From Acanthaster planci (Eukaryota), in assembly GCF_001949145.1 (NCBI RefSeq), contig NW_019091356.1:3516934-3580933 (forward strand): a DNA stretch of 64,000 nucleotides, read 5' to 3'. Made by a program: the position numbers and the translations under genes. Below, piece after piece: positions 1 through 14,641 of the stretch. The number at the start of each line of letters is the position of its first letter. Position 1 is the stretch's first letter. Below the pieces are notes generated by a model. That model was not told the origin of the DNA, ran no database searches, and saw only the letters and a list, made by a program, of their open reading frames with translations.

Positions 1-3000
1 TCATATCTGCAGTGTAGAACCACGTGTACCGGGGAGCACATGCCTGAAGTTTACATGCGCCGAGTCAACCAATGGGAGGGGAGGGATTGGAAATTAAATA
101 AAAACTGGTTAATTATCACAGCCGACGGTGGGGATTTGGGCGGGAAAAGCGGGGAAATTGGAACAAATGGCATGAGGTAATTGGAAATTGACACCGAACA
201 GGAGGAAACACCGAACGGGAGGAACAAATCACGGATGGCGATAATTCTCACAGCAGCTAATAGTACATCTAGAAAAATGGAGGTTGGCAGTTATTTCACT
301 CAGTGGTCAGATCTGGAACCAATTTCCTCCCCTCCCCCCAAAAAACCCCCCAGATTAATCACCTTCACATGGACGCAAGTGCCTAAAATTCAAAGCAACT
401 TGCCGGGGGGGAAACAATGTTACCTTTTTGTCAGATTTGCACGTTAGGCAAAACATCAGCTGCATAAATCCTAGTGCCTAAACCGAATCACGGAAGAAAT
501 GGGTAAGGTCCAATTAATAGTCAGCTAAAAGTGGAAGGTGTTGGCAACTTTGTGTGTACCGGTAATCAGGGCTTGGGGAACTGATCCAGAAAAGAAAATA
601 AACTAACTCACCACTACCCGGCCATCCGGGCCGGCGCTTTTCAGCGATGCGCCAAACCACTGGTGCGATTTGTCAGCAATCTGTCCTCCTCTGTCATCGA
701 CAGTGTGACCTGCATACAAAGTGAAAATGCTTTCACCTTGAAAGTTTGCTCACATTTGGAATCTGTGTATTTTTTTGGGTTTTTTTTGCGTTTTGAGGAA
801 ATCTAACATCTAAATGTACTATACAGGACATCCAGTCATGCCACCCTTTGCAAGTGAACAAGTAAAGCAGAGTGCACAGCCTATTCAAATAATAAGGGAA
901 TAAATATGTGCTTAGCCGGTCTTGAACGTGCATTTGAGACCGGCTCAGGAGAATGGATGCGACTAATGCCTAAGCTGCACGTATTTATGCCCCCATTCAT
1001 AAATACCTTTTTATTCAGAGAGTCAAAAGAAGTCAACATGTGATGGATTTCCAATGATTTTGTTCAAAAATTTACTTTCATTTTCTCCTACACCCCAGTC
1101 CATTTTATGGTACATTCCTTTTGAAAGTTGCCCAATAGAATCCCCTTCAAATGAACTTGGCACGTGTGTTGCACGTCGATCATGCATCACGTGTACACAG
1201 ACTCCTGACCAATCAGACCCGATTAAACTCTCGTATCCATGTTCTAGCTCATGATTTACCCAACGGACATTATCACTTTTAAGAGGGCATAATCAAATGT
1301 TAATTAATACACGGTCACGTGACATGTTTCGACCAATAGGAATAAAAAAAATGTCTAAGGTATTTATAAATACACATTAAATGTGCCTTATAAGCTCATG
1401 AACAGGTGTCCACAAAAGCAAAATTACTTGAGTTTATAGATGGTCCTACCGTGAATTTCAGTATAGTTTTATTCCCAGAACATTTTCTTTCAAGTATTTA
1501 AATGCAAATCAACTGCATTAAAAAATTAAGGTCAAATCTTGAAACTGTGTCTTCACGTGCCCGCCTCACACCCAAACACAATCAAACCCTGGCAGCACAG
1601 GACGGGTTGTGCAAATTCTAGCGCCGCCTGATTTGGTTTGGCTGCGACCCGGCAATGCCAAATGTTTTTTCAGGGATCAAACCTTGCCGGAAGCACCTCT
1701 GTCTGACCCACTTTTGACTGAAGAATTGGACGGCTCTCTCAATTTCCCCCAAAAAGCCTGCCTGGCACGCATGGCACGAGGCCTTGCAAATATTCTCTAT
1801 TGTGAAGTCAACAAGAGCGACAACAGAAAACCCAAAAGCCCAAGGTCTCACTGCTGAGGTCACAGAAATTGCTTGTTCGCTGATGCTCGGAAATCAGATG
1901 ATCTGATTTGTACTCATCAATGGGAGTTCATCTTTAACTGATTTACCAGTGCAAAAAAACAGAAATGAGCCACACGGTTTACTTACAAATATCACAATAA
2001 TGAATGTTACCTGAGAATATACAATTTACACGTAGTTTCAAAATATCATGATTCCTGTATTCTTAAGTCCATTTCTCCGAGCCCATCACTTTTATAGGAG
2101 GAAGATTTTTAAAAACAACACAGGGGCAATGGGAATTTGAGAAGAAAAAACCCCACATTTCCTGACCTAGTTATCAGAAACTTAAAAACTTTACAACTTA
2201 AAAAAAAAACTCTCTAAAGCCTTGCTGAAATGGGTAAAATAAGCTATGTACCATTTTGGGGAGGATACCACATCTTTTGTTTTTTTTTAGTAGGGGTGTA
2301 TTAACTTTTTTGAGTGAGGGGAAGCCAACTTCCTCTTGAATCACATTTCAAATATAAAACAACATCTTTGAAATCCCTTACCTGTTAAGTCAAAGGGTAT
2401 TTGTTCACAATTCCCAGGACTTCTTGGTGGATGGACGGGGCATTTATAGACGGCACCCCCTTCGACGACATCAGGTTGTGGAGTCTGTGCTTTGGGTGCG
2501 CCCACGAGCAGCCTACGGAAAGATCAATAAGCGAGAATAACTATATTTGGGGGAAAAAAACAACTGCACAGGTTACAGGCCGCGTTGAATCAGGAAGTAC
2601 TACCCCAAATCAGTTTTGGTGGAATCCACAAATGTAATTTAGCGACCTAATCCCAACACAAAGTGTCTGTCGCTTTCCTATTTGGAGTTTGTTCAAGCAG
2701 CTAGAAAGAGCCTGCCAGTTTGTGGGAGTTTGTATTAACAAAATTTACGGAGTGAGTTGGGGATAAATTTGAAAAATTCTTTGACAAACTTAAAAAAATA
2801 GTCCTTACTACAGCTACGCGTACGTGGGCCCATACTTGAAAACAAATTCAAATATAAAAACATTATAAACAAATTAACAAACAAATAAATAGGGGGGGGA
2901 CAAAATTTTAAGTTGAAAGGAAAGAACTGCTGAATAGGATTTATCTTCTCAAATCCTTTATTTACCACACACCTTGGCCATGAAAAAAAAAACACCCACA

Positions 3001-6000
3001 TATCTTATTTTAGAATTCACTCCCTCCCAAAATTAGTCAGCAAGCTTTCATAAACACTAAGTCAACACTCCAAAATATCACCACCACAATCTCAGAACTT
3101 TGCCAACGGAAGTGACCCAGTATTTTGTCATGGCATTCGGTTACCGGTTAAAATATTTGCACTGTAGGTGCTCTCATCCTGTTTCCCGGTATCACAAAGC
3201 TCCACTTCTTTTACGGGTGACAACCCCCATGTACCTGATGTGTACAAACATAACAACTATGAGAATGTTCACCGACAGGACGACGATTTAAGTGGGAACC
3301 AGGTGCCCGGTAACCGCTATACAACCACCATGTCACACAACGATAAAACAAAGTTTACGTGTACACACCTAGTACTGCACTGTTGTTTTGGGAAGATTCC
3401 AATTTTGGGGTTACTACGCGAAGTTTGCCTATCGATAAATGTGGATGGTAGTTGATAGAAGAGGTCGGTGTGCTTGCCTGTACAACACTGACAATGTACA
3501 GTATGTGTCATCAGTAATCAGGGGTGTGAGGGGACCACTTAAAATTGAAGCTGAAAACAGCTAGCAAAAATCTGAAATGTAAAAAAGGTTCCCATACTTC
3601 TGTACGGACCAGGTGTACAAAAAAGCTGAAATTCAGGGTCAACATCTAATCAAAAGAAGCTGAAATCCGCTATCAAGCTGAATTCCCACATCCGAGTGGT
3701 GGCCAAATTGGGTCATGTCTCCCCATGACAGGTGCATGAAGGAATAAAGGAATACTCTTTGTTTCTGGTTGTTGGAACTCACTGGTTCTCATGACGGTCA
3801 GGTATCACTTGGTTGCATGATTTTCTTTCCAAAACAAACCAACCTGGAAGAATAGCACGCTACCCAAGTGACTTTGTTTTTACCAACTGCCCTCTTCCAC
3901 ACTACCGCGGAAGGCTCTCTATCCAAATTGCTGTATTACCCGCTACTAACCGTCTACAAAAAAAATTCCAAACTGAAAATTACGAGTCCCTCTCTACAAA
4001 GTGGGTCTTGGACAATGTGTCAATTGTAGGACTATGAGCTTTCCAATAAACACAGAACCACATCCCTGCCAATTTGTGACAGGAATGGGATATACCTGTG
4101 TGCCCTGCACGGTATCTCCCATGCCTAGCCTAAGGGTACAGTACACCCCCCAAATGAGACTTTTTTCTTTCCGGGCACATATGCCATACACACCCTGAAG
4201 TGCCTCCCTGAGGTACTGCACACCACCCGCCTGCACACAGCTCAGGATTGGTTAAGCCCCATTGATCTGAGCACATTGATCTTCGTACAGGTGTAACCAC
4301 CATGTGAATACATGTACAGTACATGGCACATGCCCAGCGCAGAATAATACATTACGGACCTGTTAATAACACTGTGCAGTCCATGTATAAAACGGTACAA
4401 CTGCAAATTTATTAGATTTAGGCAGAGCAATCAGCGGAATAAATCAATGTATCTTTTCTTTTTCTTTAGTCAATGCAGTCAGGGGACAGCACAGGTAAAA
4501 TTTTAAGCAGTTAAGGAGGCATTCTGTACCTTTGAATCAAGTCTTTTGTGATCATAAAATGTCAAGGTCGGGTCTTGAAAAGCATACTGGGGGCCTGCGT
4601 TCCTGTACTACTACTAGCTTGTAGGTTTGTACATGTACATTACAGTCCATGCCACTCCTGTGTATCTACACTACTTAGGCACATACATGTAATCTTATAC
4701 ATCCTAGATTTGATGCACTGAAAAATGTCCGTGCGAGGAATAATTCAGTAAATTTCTGACTGTAAGACTAATCACCCATTGCACATTTTGTTCAGTGCTC
4801 AAGTCAGCCACCAAAAAAAAAAAAAAAAAAAAAAAAATCAGGAACCACAAAATATTCCCCCTAATAGTTTGTTAATTACTCATATTTTGAGGTTAGGGCT
4901 AGACAACAAAAAGCCCCACTGTAGGGTGGAGGCCAAAATGGTTAGGAATTGACAGGGGCAGGAAGTCGCGGACAATACAAGGATTCATTTCATGTGCGCC
5001 CCGCCTCTCCCTTCGGACTCTACAAAATAACTCACCCCTCATTCACTGGTGAGAAAAATGTGAAGTACCAGCTGCTTGACACAGTGCTGGTGTTGCTATC
5101 GATCCCTGTCAATTTGCTGGAGGGAGATTTAATATGAATAGCTTATGGGGGGCTCTTTGTGCTGTTTATAAGAAGTATGAGTGTGCCGACCGCAGAGGTC
5201 TCTTGTTGCACTTGTGGCCTCTTGGACAGTTCAATCACGCACCTCGTGCAATAAAGAAGGGTTTACATGTAATGTACATGTACATAGCACATGCCCTGTC
5301 CGCAAGTATGGAACATATTTTCATGGACACCTTGTGGACACTTTGTAGGCCTATGGGTGGCTGTATGACGGAAAGCAGAGAGAAACATTAACATGCGCAT
5401 GTGGTTCGGCTTGGGCTAAATTTCGACAGAATGTGCACAAAGTGGTGTCAAGTTTGCAAACAGGAGAATTACACCGGAGCGCATTATACATCCACTTCCT
5501 TCAGTGTTACAGGAACGTGTTTGCATTTTTATGGCGCACACGCTGCATGTAGAAGGCCATTCCCCAAATCTTTATTGGGCAACTCGATGGAAGCCTATGT
5601 CAGCATGCACGTCCGCATCACTCATGTCCAAGAGTGCAATGCTGGATTACACCTGTCACATGCTGGGCTATCGTACTTTCCTTTCATAATCAATGCTAAT
5701 TGTATATAACATCCTCTCCCTTTCCACACCCATCTCCCCCCCCCCAGGGATAGGCAGGTCAAGCAGGGATGTCAGACAGGCCCTTGCAGTGAACCAGGTG
5801 TCTGTACATTTAATCAAATGCTTCAACACTCTCTCGTATGTATATTCTTCGACAATGAAAACATGTTGGAACACACAGGCTCAGACTCTCTGGCAGTGAA
5901 GTCAGTAACATTTGCATTTCTCAATGCCAGGACCGAGCTCCACAAGTGCATTAGCGTATGTAGAGTTTGCCGTGGATACATTTCAAGATCTCAGGACTAC

Positions 6001-9000
6001 ATGTGCTCTGCAAAGGTATCTCCATCCCTGATTATCTTATCTGCAGTCAAGCCGCATAATCATAATGCATGCTTTGAAATCGTGCAGATTCAACTGCTTT
6101 GAAAAGAAAAAAATGCATTTTTGGAGACACAACTTCTTGAACATTTTTTTCTAAAATCCTCGATGCGTGTGGTACACATAAAATATAACATTTTGAGGTC
6201 TCCCAATGAGAATTTTTAATTAAAAAAAAGTACCCCAGATTAGATTGCTCCTTCAAAGGAAAATGTGTTTAAGAATGAGTTCTTTATTCGTATTTCTTCT
6301 TTTAAAGTAAAGCGAGCAGAGTGTCCAAAGTATTACCAAGGCCCAAAGCAGCTAGGCTATATGCTCTGAGGCAACACTGAAGTTCGAAGTTGACTGCAGA
6401 AAAAAAAAATCCCAGTCACGAGAAGAGACAAAGCTTGCATTCCCATCACGTTTGTCCTTCGCCCCTGCTGTTGACTCTTTCATCACAAGTCAACTTTTCC
6501 AGCGCAGGTCAGGCTGCCTGTGTAGCTCTTTTGGCATGCATGTGTATCTTTAATATCCAACCGTACTGCGGTATTTGACATTCCTCTTTCTCTTTTATGT
6601 GCGATACTTTTGCGGTGGCAGACTGTCATGTTTGTTTCGTGGCACCTCTGCACAAAGCACAACTACAAAGAGTTTTAATCGGATTTTTCAATTTTTCACC
6701 TCGCCTGACCAAACACTGATGAAAAGAGAACCTTCGCTTGGTGATGAGATTCTTCTGACTCTTTGTGACTGAAAAAAAAAAATAGTTATTCCAAGAAACA
6801 TTTTTCCCTTTTAGCTCTTTTGAGTTTTATGTGACAGCTGTTTCACAGGTTTGCTAAAGCATGCAACATCAACGGCATCCCGATTTAGGGTTGTAAATTC
6901 CTCGCGAAGTCTGGGGTTGAGATTAGAAAAAAATGAAATCATCGTCAGAAGTTTTGAGAGGCCATACAGCAACACAGAGTCTACAGAATACAATGGTGTT
7001 TGCCTGAAGGTACCCCTTAAAATACCCATTATTGATTTTTCTGAATCAAGTCTTATACCGAGAAACACCTTCATGATAATCTCAGGATTTTCCAGGTGTT
7101 AAACTCAGGATAAAAAATCCGGGAATCAGGAAAATTCCAATGAAATTGAAACAAATCCTGAAATCGGGACAATTCCTGACACATCTCTCCCTTAAGCTAC
7201 AAAGCATGCAAAGACCTCCTCAGTTTGTCACAAGCATACCTAGACATGTCAGAACACTGACAAAATACATGTACCAAATGATAAGAAACCAATCAACATA
7301 CAATAAAACTGAGCAACCTGCTGTCTCTTGATCCAGGGGTTACGGGGGTCAAACTCTGTTCAGTCACTTTTCCCCTGGTCTAATACACACTTGTAATTCA
7401 GCAAACGCTGATCCAATTAATTTGAACTTCTCTCCCTGGCACCTTCAGTCAACATGCACCAATGAATAGAGGTGGGGCTGTCAACATGCACCAATGAAGA
7501 GAGGTGGGGCTGTGGGGAGCCTGGTAATGCAGAGACACTGACTATTAACAAAAGCCTACACATTAATTAACCCTACCCCCTAAGGGTTGCTGGCCCTAAC
7601 CTTCCCCATTCACACAAAGTTGAACACCCATATGGGACTTTGTGCACAGAGGCTGTAGGACTTTGTTTCTCTGAGGTATGCCAAACCCAATGCAAAAGCC
7701 AGCTGTTATGGGCCTACCAGGCCTATCCCCATGGAATTAAACACTTTACTACTGTTTAATTCTGTGAGGTCTGGGAAGGTTAGGGTTAACACTATTCTGT
7801 TTGCAAATTCAAACAGCGCTAATCGGCACCTCACAGGTGTTGCTGTGTTCACAGCAAGCAGCTGAACGACAGAATACTTTAGCCTTAGCAGGATTCCTCT
7901 GGGCTCCACTAATACACAAATTGGCAATTTTCTCGCCATTTATAATCAACCGTGAAATGGGCAAGCACCAATTTGCTCAGTGTTACACGCGAACTGTCCG
8001 TCCGAATTACTCTGCAATTCACGATCTTTGTGGCATTTGTACGGGCTTCAGAATTTACTCACTACTGGCCCCACACTTGGGGGAAAAGGAAAGTAGGACT
8101 CAGATACACAGAAGGAAACTGGACAGAATTGTGTGCACGTATCAGTAAATCACTTGCAATTTGCAGTAAAAACCAAACCAATCCCCCTCAAACCCCCCCC
8201 AATACCAGAGTACACAAATAGTCCGACTAAAACAGGTCTGCAGCAGTGACACAGCAAAGAAACAACCACGGGATAACGTAGTTTGAGAGCCTTTTTTTTT
8301 TTTTTGGGACAAGTCATCCTGCAAAAGGCTGATTCCTTCCTCAGTGGATGAATGGAGGAAGGAAAACCGACCAAAACAAAAACCACAGAGTTACGATCGG
8401 GCGACCATGACATTGGCACTTGCGTAATACTCCATAAAAAAACGTCAATGATGCAAGGTTTTTTTTTATTAATGACCCAGAACTAAAACCGAAAGCCTTA
8501 ATTTCTACGGAAGTCACATGCAGTACCCTGAAATGATCAAAGGACAGTCACTCAGACGCTGTGCCAACGTACGTGCATACATATCGTATACATCCACAGC
8601 GCACGATTATTTACGACCGAGTAGGAAATCTAAATTGACCATTTTTTTAGAGGTCCACTCACAGAGAAGAAAGATCAAATCGAACACGACACGTGATGTG
8701 CATGTACATACACAAGTATACATGTACAACATCGTGCTCTTTCCCTCTCTTGTAAAAATGTAATTTCCAATGCAAAGTAATCCCAGTGGCTTTGTGTTCA
8801 TGACTGACACTTAGGCAGAAATGCTATATTTCACTTAATAACTGAGTAAGGTTTCTGAGAAGAGCGTTTTTTTTTTCCCCTCCTGCCTGTGCAAGTCCAA
8901 TTAGCGACAGCACTGCAGGAGAGCTGGCATGGCTCACAAAGCCGGAGGCACACAGCAGAGCATGTCCAGAGAATGCATGCCAGGGGTCTCATCACACCGC

Positions 9001-12000
9001 CAGGCTGGCTAAATTGGAAAATATGTTGGCTATTTGCCGGGATTGGATTTTCGGAGACAATCATCCTATTGACTTAATTGCAGGAAGCAATTCTGACTAC
9101 TTCAGATTTCTCAAGGGCAATTTGTTTCATGGTCAATAGAGCCATCCACTTTACACTCATTGGGATTAGTGCACTTTTCTTTCTCTGAACTGCCATTTGA
9201 ACAGATTCAACATTTCAATGCAAGCAGATAAATAAAAAAAAAAGGAGGAAACTTTAATCACATAAACAATACCTACAACCAAAACCCTCCCAGATTTTTC
9301 AAAATTCATCAGGGCAGTTTTGGAAGACTCTTCAAGATGCAGACGAAAAAAAGGTGGCATGCTGGGAGGGTTGGTACCCTGTAATTGTGCCACTGGTCCC
9401 CTTCCCCTCGAATGCGTTCACACACACAATGTGGTGCACACATAGTCGGAAGAAAGGGGAACAAGACAAAATGGCTATGAAATAACGACGTATGTCGTCC
9501 TCCTCACTAAAAGAAAAAATTTTCTTCAGCTCTTCTCCCTCATTTGTGCAACCCGCAATCGAGGGCCTTCCCCAAGTCGACAGATTTAGAGCACTTTTTA
9601 AACTATCAGTAAAGTCTTTCTCTCTGGAGAGACAGACAAGCCAATAAGAACCCTTCCTTGTTTACTCGGTAAAACTTTAATACATTCAACGACACCCTTG
9701 GAAGGCACTGATACTTAATTCAACTCTCTCTGCCGCTCGCTCATTGCAGCTGACACTTTCCCTCTCCCCCCCCTCTTCAATGTTCTACACTTTCACTAAA
9801 AATGTCAATAACTTCGGCCGGCCCTAAGTGATACCCAAGGTGTTGTACGTGCAGAGATTAATCATTCCAACTGGAGATCTTCTCCCTACTGATTCAGTGT
9901 CCTGATGGCGTAACGCGAGCTTTACTTTTGGAGGATTTCTCTCTGGTGAAAATTCTAGAAAAAAATAATAAACTGAAGGGATACGCACTTTACAAATATG
10001 GCCTGATTTCCTTCCAAGAAAAGTGATGACTGAAATTATGCCACACTAAAAATATGATTTTCTTTTAGCAAGTTCAAAATACACTTGTACTTCACCTTGA
10101 ATGAACAACCAACAACAGTCCCCAACGCAAGTTACGTAAATAGGGCCTACTGGATCTCATTTATTGAGAAATTAACAACATAATAAAACACTGTACTTGT
10201 GTAATTCTGTATCAATCAATCAATTCGTACGTCAGACTTATTTTTCCAGGCAAAAGACAGAGATCAAAAGGCAGTCTTTCAACAGAAATCTCTGAGGCAA
10301 ATGCCCAGTTAATCCTGTGTTCATTTCACTTGGATATTTACACTGACCTCAAGCAGGAGGAAATAATCCAGCGATACTTGACAAACAATCTGTGCCTACG
10401 AGCCACTTCCTTTCACAGGGAATCTCTCCTGCTCTCCCCTGTCTTTTGCATTTTGATATAGTCCGCTACTGTGGTCAAAATAATGTCCTGCATGCCCGAG
10501 GGGGCGAAAGGGGGGGGAGACGGATGTACATGTACGCGTTTGAACTAAATCCACAAATCGATGCGTCGGTATGAGACCGGCGTTTGGACGTTGAGTGTGC
10601 GTCAGCGCTAAGGATGTTTGTGCGGGGTATTATTGACGTTTTTCTTCTTCACTTCAAGTTTATTATGTTTCAGAGGTTACTTATGGCCAATGCCTTTTTC
10701 TCCTTTTTTGACTTTTTTTTCCCAAGCGGTATTTTGTTACATTCAATCCTTTAACTTAATGGTCATTCTTTTCCTCTGTTCTGAACTTGAGTCATATGTG
10801 GTTTTTTGGTTGTTTTGGGGGCAAAAACTGAGCTCTGTGGGCTCCTGAGTAATACAGTGTCTTTGTGCTGGATGAATAGGTTTTGAGTCACTTTTAATTT
10901 CTAGAGGGACCAAATGCACCTGTAGATGAGGTGACAAGCAGGAGACAGTTGGATAAATTCATCCATCGCCCAAACCCAGAAAAACAGCCAAAAGCAAACT
11001 GACGAAACACACACCAAAAATGAAAACAAAGGCCCTTGAAACTGAACCTACATGTACATGTACAGCACTTAAAATATTCAGAAAGAGTTCTATATCCTGC
11101 CTCTGCCTCAGACCCCAAGCACAAAGCCTATAGCCAATGCTTTCAAAGTCTGCTTTAAGTAAGGTTTACTTTCAGAGGGAACTTAGAACCTTTTCTCTCT
11201 CTTAAATTTGTGTTTCTCCATCAAGTTCACGATTTTTGGTAATTTCCAAGTCATAGTAAGAAAAATATTATCTTTTCAATATGGCTTGAAAGTTGTTGGC
11301 CAGATACAAAACTTCATTAGATGACTTTGACAGCATCATTAACTATTTGACAGTCATAAAAATCAACATTATAACTACTGGACATGATATCTGAATGATG
11401 TCACCAACTTGCTCAATAACCCGTTTAAATATTCAATTTTTTTTCAGCTTTAAACATAAAAAACACACGGAAACAGACACTGAAACATCCCTCCCTTGAT
11501 ACAATCATGTCATACATGCTATCCTCATGATGAAGGGGCAAACTGGCTTTTCCACTCTTGAAACAAAATTGGGACAGAGTTCCGTATCGAGACATCACTT
11601 GATACCCTGTGCACAAGCCCCATACGAGTACGAGACCGGTCTGAAGAATCGCGTTTCTAAGGCCTCAAGGCTCGACATATTCCGGGCTAGATTTGACTTG
11701 TCACGACAATGCTTTCTAATGGTTGACATCTGCACTTCAGAGAAGAAGGTGCAGGGAAAAATCTGTGACGTATGGAATACTTACCCCGAAGTTCTCTCCA
11801 ATAAACATTATAAAACTTCAGAAAAGAGTTCCATTAACAGATGTAACTAATTTTGCCCTAAGTTTAAGGAAGTTAGCCATGAGAGAGCAGTAAAATGTCC
11901 TAAAAGTCAAATTTAGTAGGAAAAATGTACTTAGTAAATACACCATGGGTTAGTGCACAAAGTGTCATGTGACATCTGTCATGTCTGTGCATCAAACTCG

Positions 12001-12224
12001 TCCTGAACTTTAAAATAGTTTCAAATCTGAATTTCCAGAAAAACTCCAACCTACCAGTCGGTGTCACCGTCCCTGTGCAACTCCACAGTGTAGCCGAACA
12101 TGCTCCCCTCTGGCCCCGTGTGAATGACCGGCCACTGGGTGTCCAGGTTCTGTCCCCACGCCAACGCCAGCACAGCGGCCAACACTGGCACCTGCCGCAA
12201 GAGATTTCTCACCGAGCGCCCCAT
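1..12224 (-). CDS. Integrin alpha subunit, RGD-binding (alphaV/alpha5/alpha8/PS2-like) class; first four exons, gene continues past position 1
   Basis: Exons 12224-12055 (signal peptide, then [26 protein letters not shown]), 2512-2382 ([32 protein letters not shown]), 709-612 ([14 protein letters not shown]) and 43-1 (ACAPRYTWF). Splice sites are GT-AG with consistent phases, and the peptides are FG-GAP beta-propeller repeats. Intron 1 is about 9.5 kb. Confidence 0.93.
7448..7511. repeat. 32-bp tandem duplication containing CCAAT and GGTGGGG motifs
   Basis: GTCAACATGCACCAATGAA(T/G)AGAGGTGGGGCT x2. Confidence 0.9.
7567..7789. mobile_element. TTAA-CCCTA TIR mini-element in integrin intron 1
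   Basis: TTAACCCTACCCCCTAAGG ... GGTTAGGGTTAA. The termini match those at 31967-32036 and 39527-39585. Confidence 0.6.
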
Positions 12225-13209
12225 GACCAGCTCGTCAACGCACGCTGAGTTACGCTCAACCGCCGTACGTGTTAATGTTACCAACGTGGGGAACACTTTA
12301 AGACAGCTCCCGAAGTTCGCACGGAAATTAGGCCAAACAAGATGCTTCCTCCACAGGTATGGCAGTCAGAAAAGGATGAAAGTCAGCGATTAGAGGGACG
12401 AGCACACGAACTACACATCCAAGAAGCTCTCCACTCGACGAGACGCTGGTGAAAAACCCCAAAAGTTTAACTAAAAACCTTGAAAACTGAACACAAAGTG
12501 AAACACTTCAGAAAGGCTGGGCCCAGTCCACTCAACTTTGCTATGCACTTTACCTGAACGTCTGTTAATATATTACCACACGTATTGCGCGCACGCGTAG
12601 GTGGCATACACCTGCCTTCGTGTATGGCACTGGCGGTTCACCTGTGCACAATTTTCTATTTATATTCAAATTACCCAGCGCGCGAGGAATGTCAAGCGTA
12701 CGCCCGTGCTCTACCGACGCCAGTTATTATCATAGAGCAGAGTCAGTCAAGCGTTTAGTTGTAAACAGTACTTGATGATGCGTGGAAGGGTACCGTTGGT
12801 GGCGCACATTCTACTTCTCCGATGGCTGGTTTATTATCAGTGTTTTCCACCGTTTCAGATTTCAATTTTTGTAGCTGGCATCAAGGAAAAAAGGGGGCGC
12901 TGTACACGAAAACCTATCAAACCTTTTGCTCCACTTGAGTATCTTCGAACTCATTTTCTGTATGTGGACATTATCCCCCAAAGATTGTATGATTTGACTA
13001 AAATGTACTTTTTAAAAATTTTTATCAGTGGGAGTTAAAATTGTTTTCAGCTAAATTAAACTCCTGTTATAAACAAAAAGTTAGATTTAAAACATGGAGA
13101 CACATGCTAAAAAGGCTTGCATACTGAAAGAATTGCTAATTCCAACAAACCAACCATAGACCTGGAGCAGAATAAAACCAGACCTCTAATGGGCTCCATC
13201 ATGGGGATA

Positions 13210-13816
13210 TGTGATGTGTTTGGGACACCGTCAATTAACTCTTTTCGTAGGCAGGTGTCCTGTGCTCTGACACAAATCAGTTCTTAATTTACCGGTTTAG
13301 TTTGCAATTTGTTGAATTTAATATTACCGTGATTTGAATGTTCTTGTTTTTGTTTGTTTCTTGTTTGTGTGTCCTCAGTCCCCCTAGTTCATGTACGTTT
13401 GTTTACCCAGATGTTCAGGTGTCTGTCTATTTTGTGTTGTATTTGATGTTTGTTTATATTTTTGTCTGCGGTTTATTGTTTGTCTTTGATTCAATAGTTA
13501 CTTCATCTGTACTCCCCTGGGTTGTGACTCCCTCCGATCCACTTTAACATCATCTTATTTCCTGGATTACCGTCATTCTCCCTTATAGTTTTGTTTTGTC
13601 TTGTTTTCTCGTTAAATGATTTATTTATGTGTAATTTCTATTTATTTATATATGCACATACATATCCGTTATTTTTAGTCTAGTGTTTGTTTAGCAATTC
13701 TATATGTCACAATTTAAATTACATTTTTTTTAATTTGAGTTTATTTGTTTCCATTCCTGTAATTGGCGGTATTTCTGCTGTTGGGTGTGGCTAATAAATA
13801 ACTAAATAATAAATAA
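13210..13816 (+). mobile_element. Possible 5'-truncated LINE (CR1/L2-like) 3' end
   Basis: A short frame DVFGTPSINSFRRQV..* resembles an ORF2 C-terminus. It is followed by a T-rich stretch and an (AATAA)n-like tail at about 13793-13816. Confidence 0.35.
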
Positions 13817-14434
13817 AACGACAAACCAACAAATTAAAGGGGGGAGCTGAGGGGCTGAGGTGTTGCGCTTCCTCGCTCTCAGAGTTGTACGCACCCTTTA
13901 ACGGGTATTCAAGGCAGAGGGAATTTTGAGCGTTCGGGATCGTCCCCGAGGCGGCAGAGGAGTTTGCTTACCCTGGCATTTACTTGTCTAGCACCTGAAC
14001 TTTTTACGTGTTATTGTTATAAGTAATATCATGATCATAGTTAGGGCTACATACGATATGTACCTATCTTGCACAATCATACGGATTTCCTTCTCGTTGC
14101 ATGCGATGTGCCGAAGAGGATAGGGTTGGTAGTGCTGCCAAAAATTAATCAGATCAAGCCACACAGTCGGATACAATCGCAGCGAGTCTCTTGATCACAT
14201 CATAGAGCAAGGACACATCACACGGAGTGGTGAGCAATTTTTCATTTGAACGGCTTTTTAAAAAAACAATTGCCATGATCAGCTCAGACATGTCATATGT
14301 CACATTGTCAGATGATCACCACCATCATGACCGTGTCATCGTTGTCTTCACGGTCATGTCTCATAATCATGATAATATGCACTACTAACACTGTATGTAC
14401 TCGTTAATTAGCAAGATACATGTAGATTATTCTG

Positions 14435-14478
14435 TTTGGCGCGATTGGTCGGTCAGTATTTGGGATCTGCACGATTGG
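14435..14478 (+). promoter_or_regulatory. Likely ANKZF1 promoter: E2F-like site and two CCAAT boxes
   Basis: TTTGGCGC at 14435-14442. ATTGG occurs at 14444 and 14474, 30 bp apart and about 170-200 bp upstream of the ATG. A short 5'-UTR intron (14521-14637) is possible. Confidence 0.5.
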
Positions 14479-14641
14479 TTGATCAGTCAATCTTGTAGGA
14501 AATCTCACACTTAATTCCGGGTAAATTCCTCCTTTCAAACAACAATGCCCAGAAATCGATTGATTGCGTAGTGATCACCCATGTCAACCAGTCATGACGA
14601 TCATCATAATGATCGAAGTTTTTCTTTTTAATTACAGCAAA

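Noticed and set aside
2513..12054. Many 60-115 aa ORFs in integrin intron 1
   Set aside because: No domain motifs, coding-like composition or consistent exon chain were found, so they are treated as chance ORFs.
13900..14150. U11/U12 snRNA or telomerase RNA (GAATTTTGAGCG, ATCAAGAGA and CCCTAAC words)
   Set aside because: The diagnostic 5' sequences of U11/U12 and a full template plus pseudoknot are absent.
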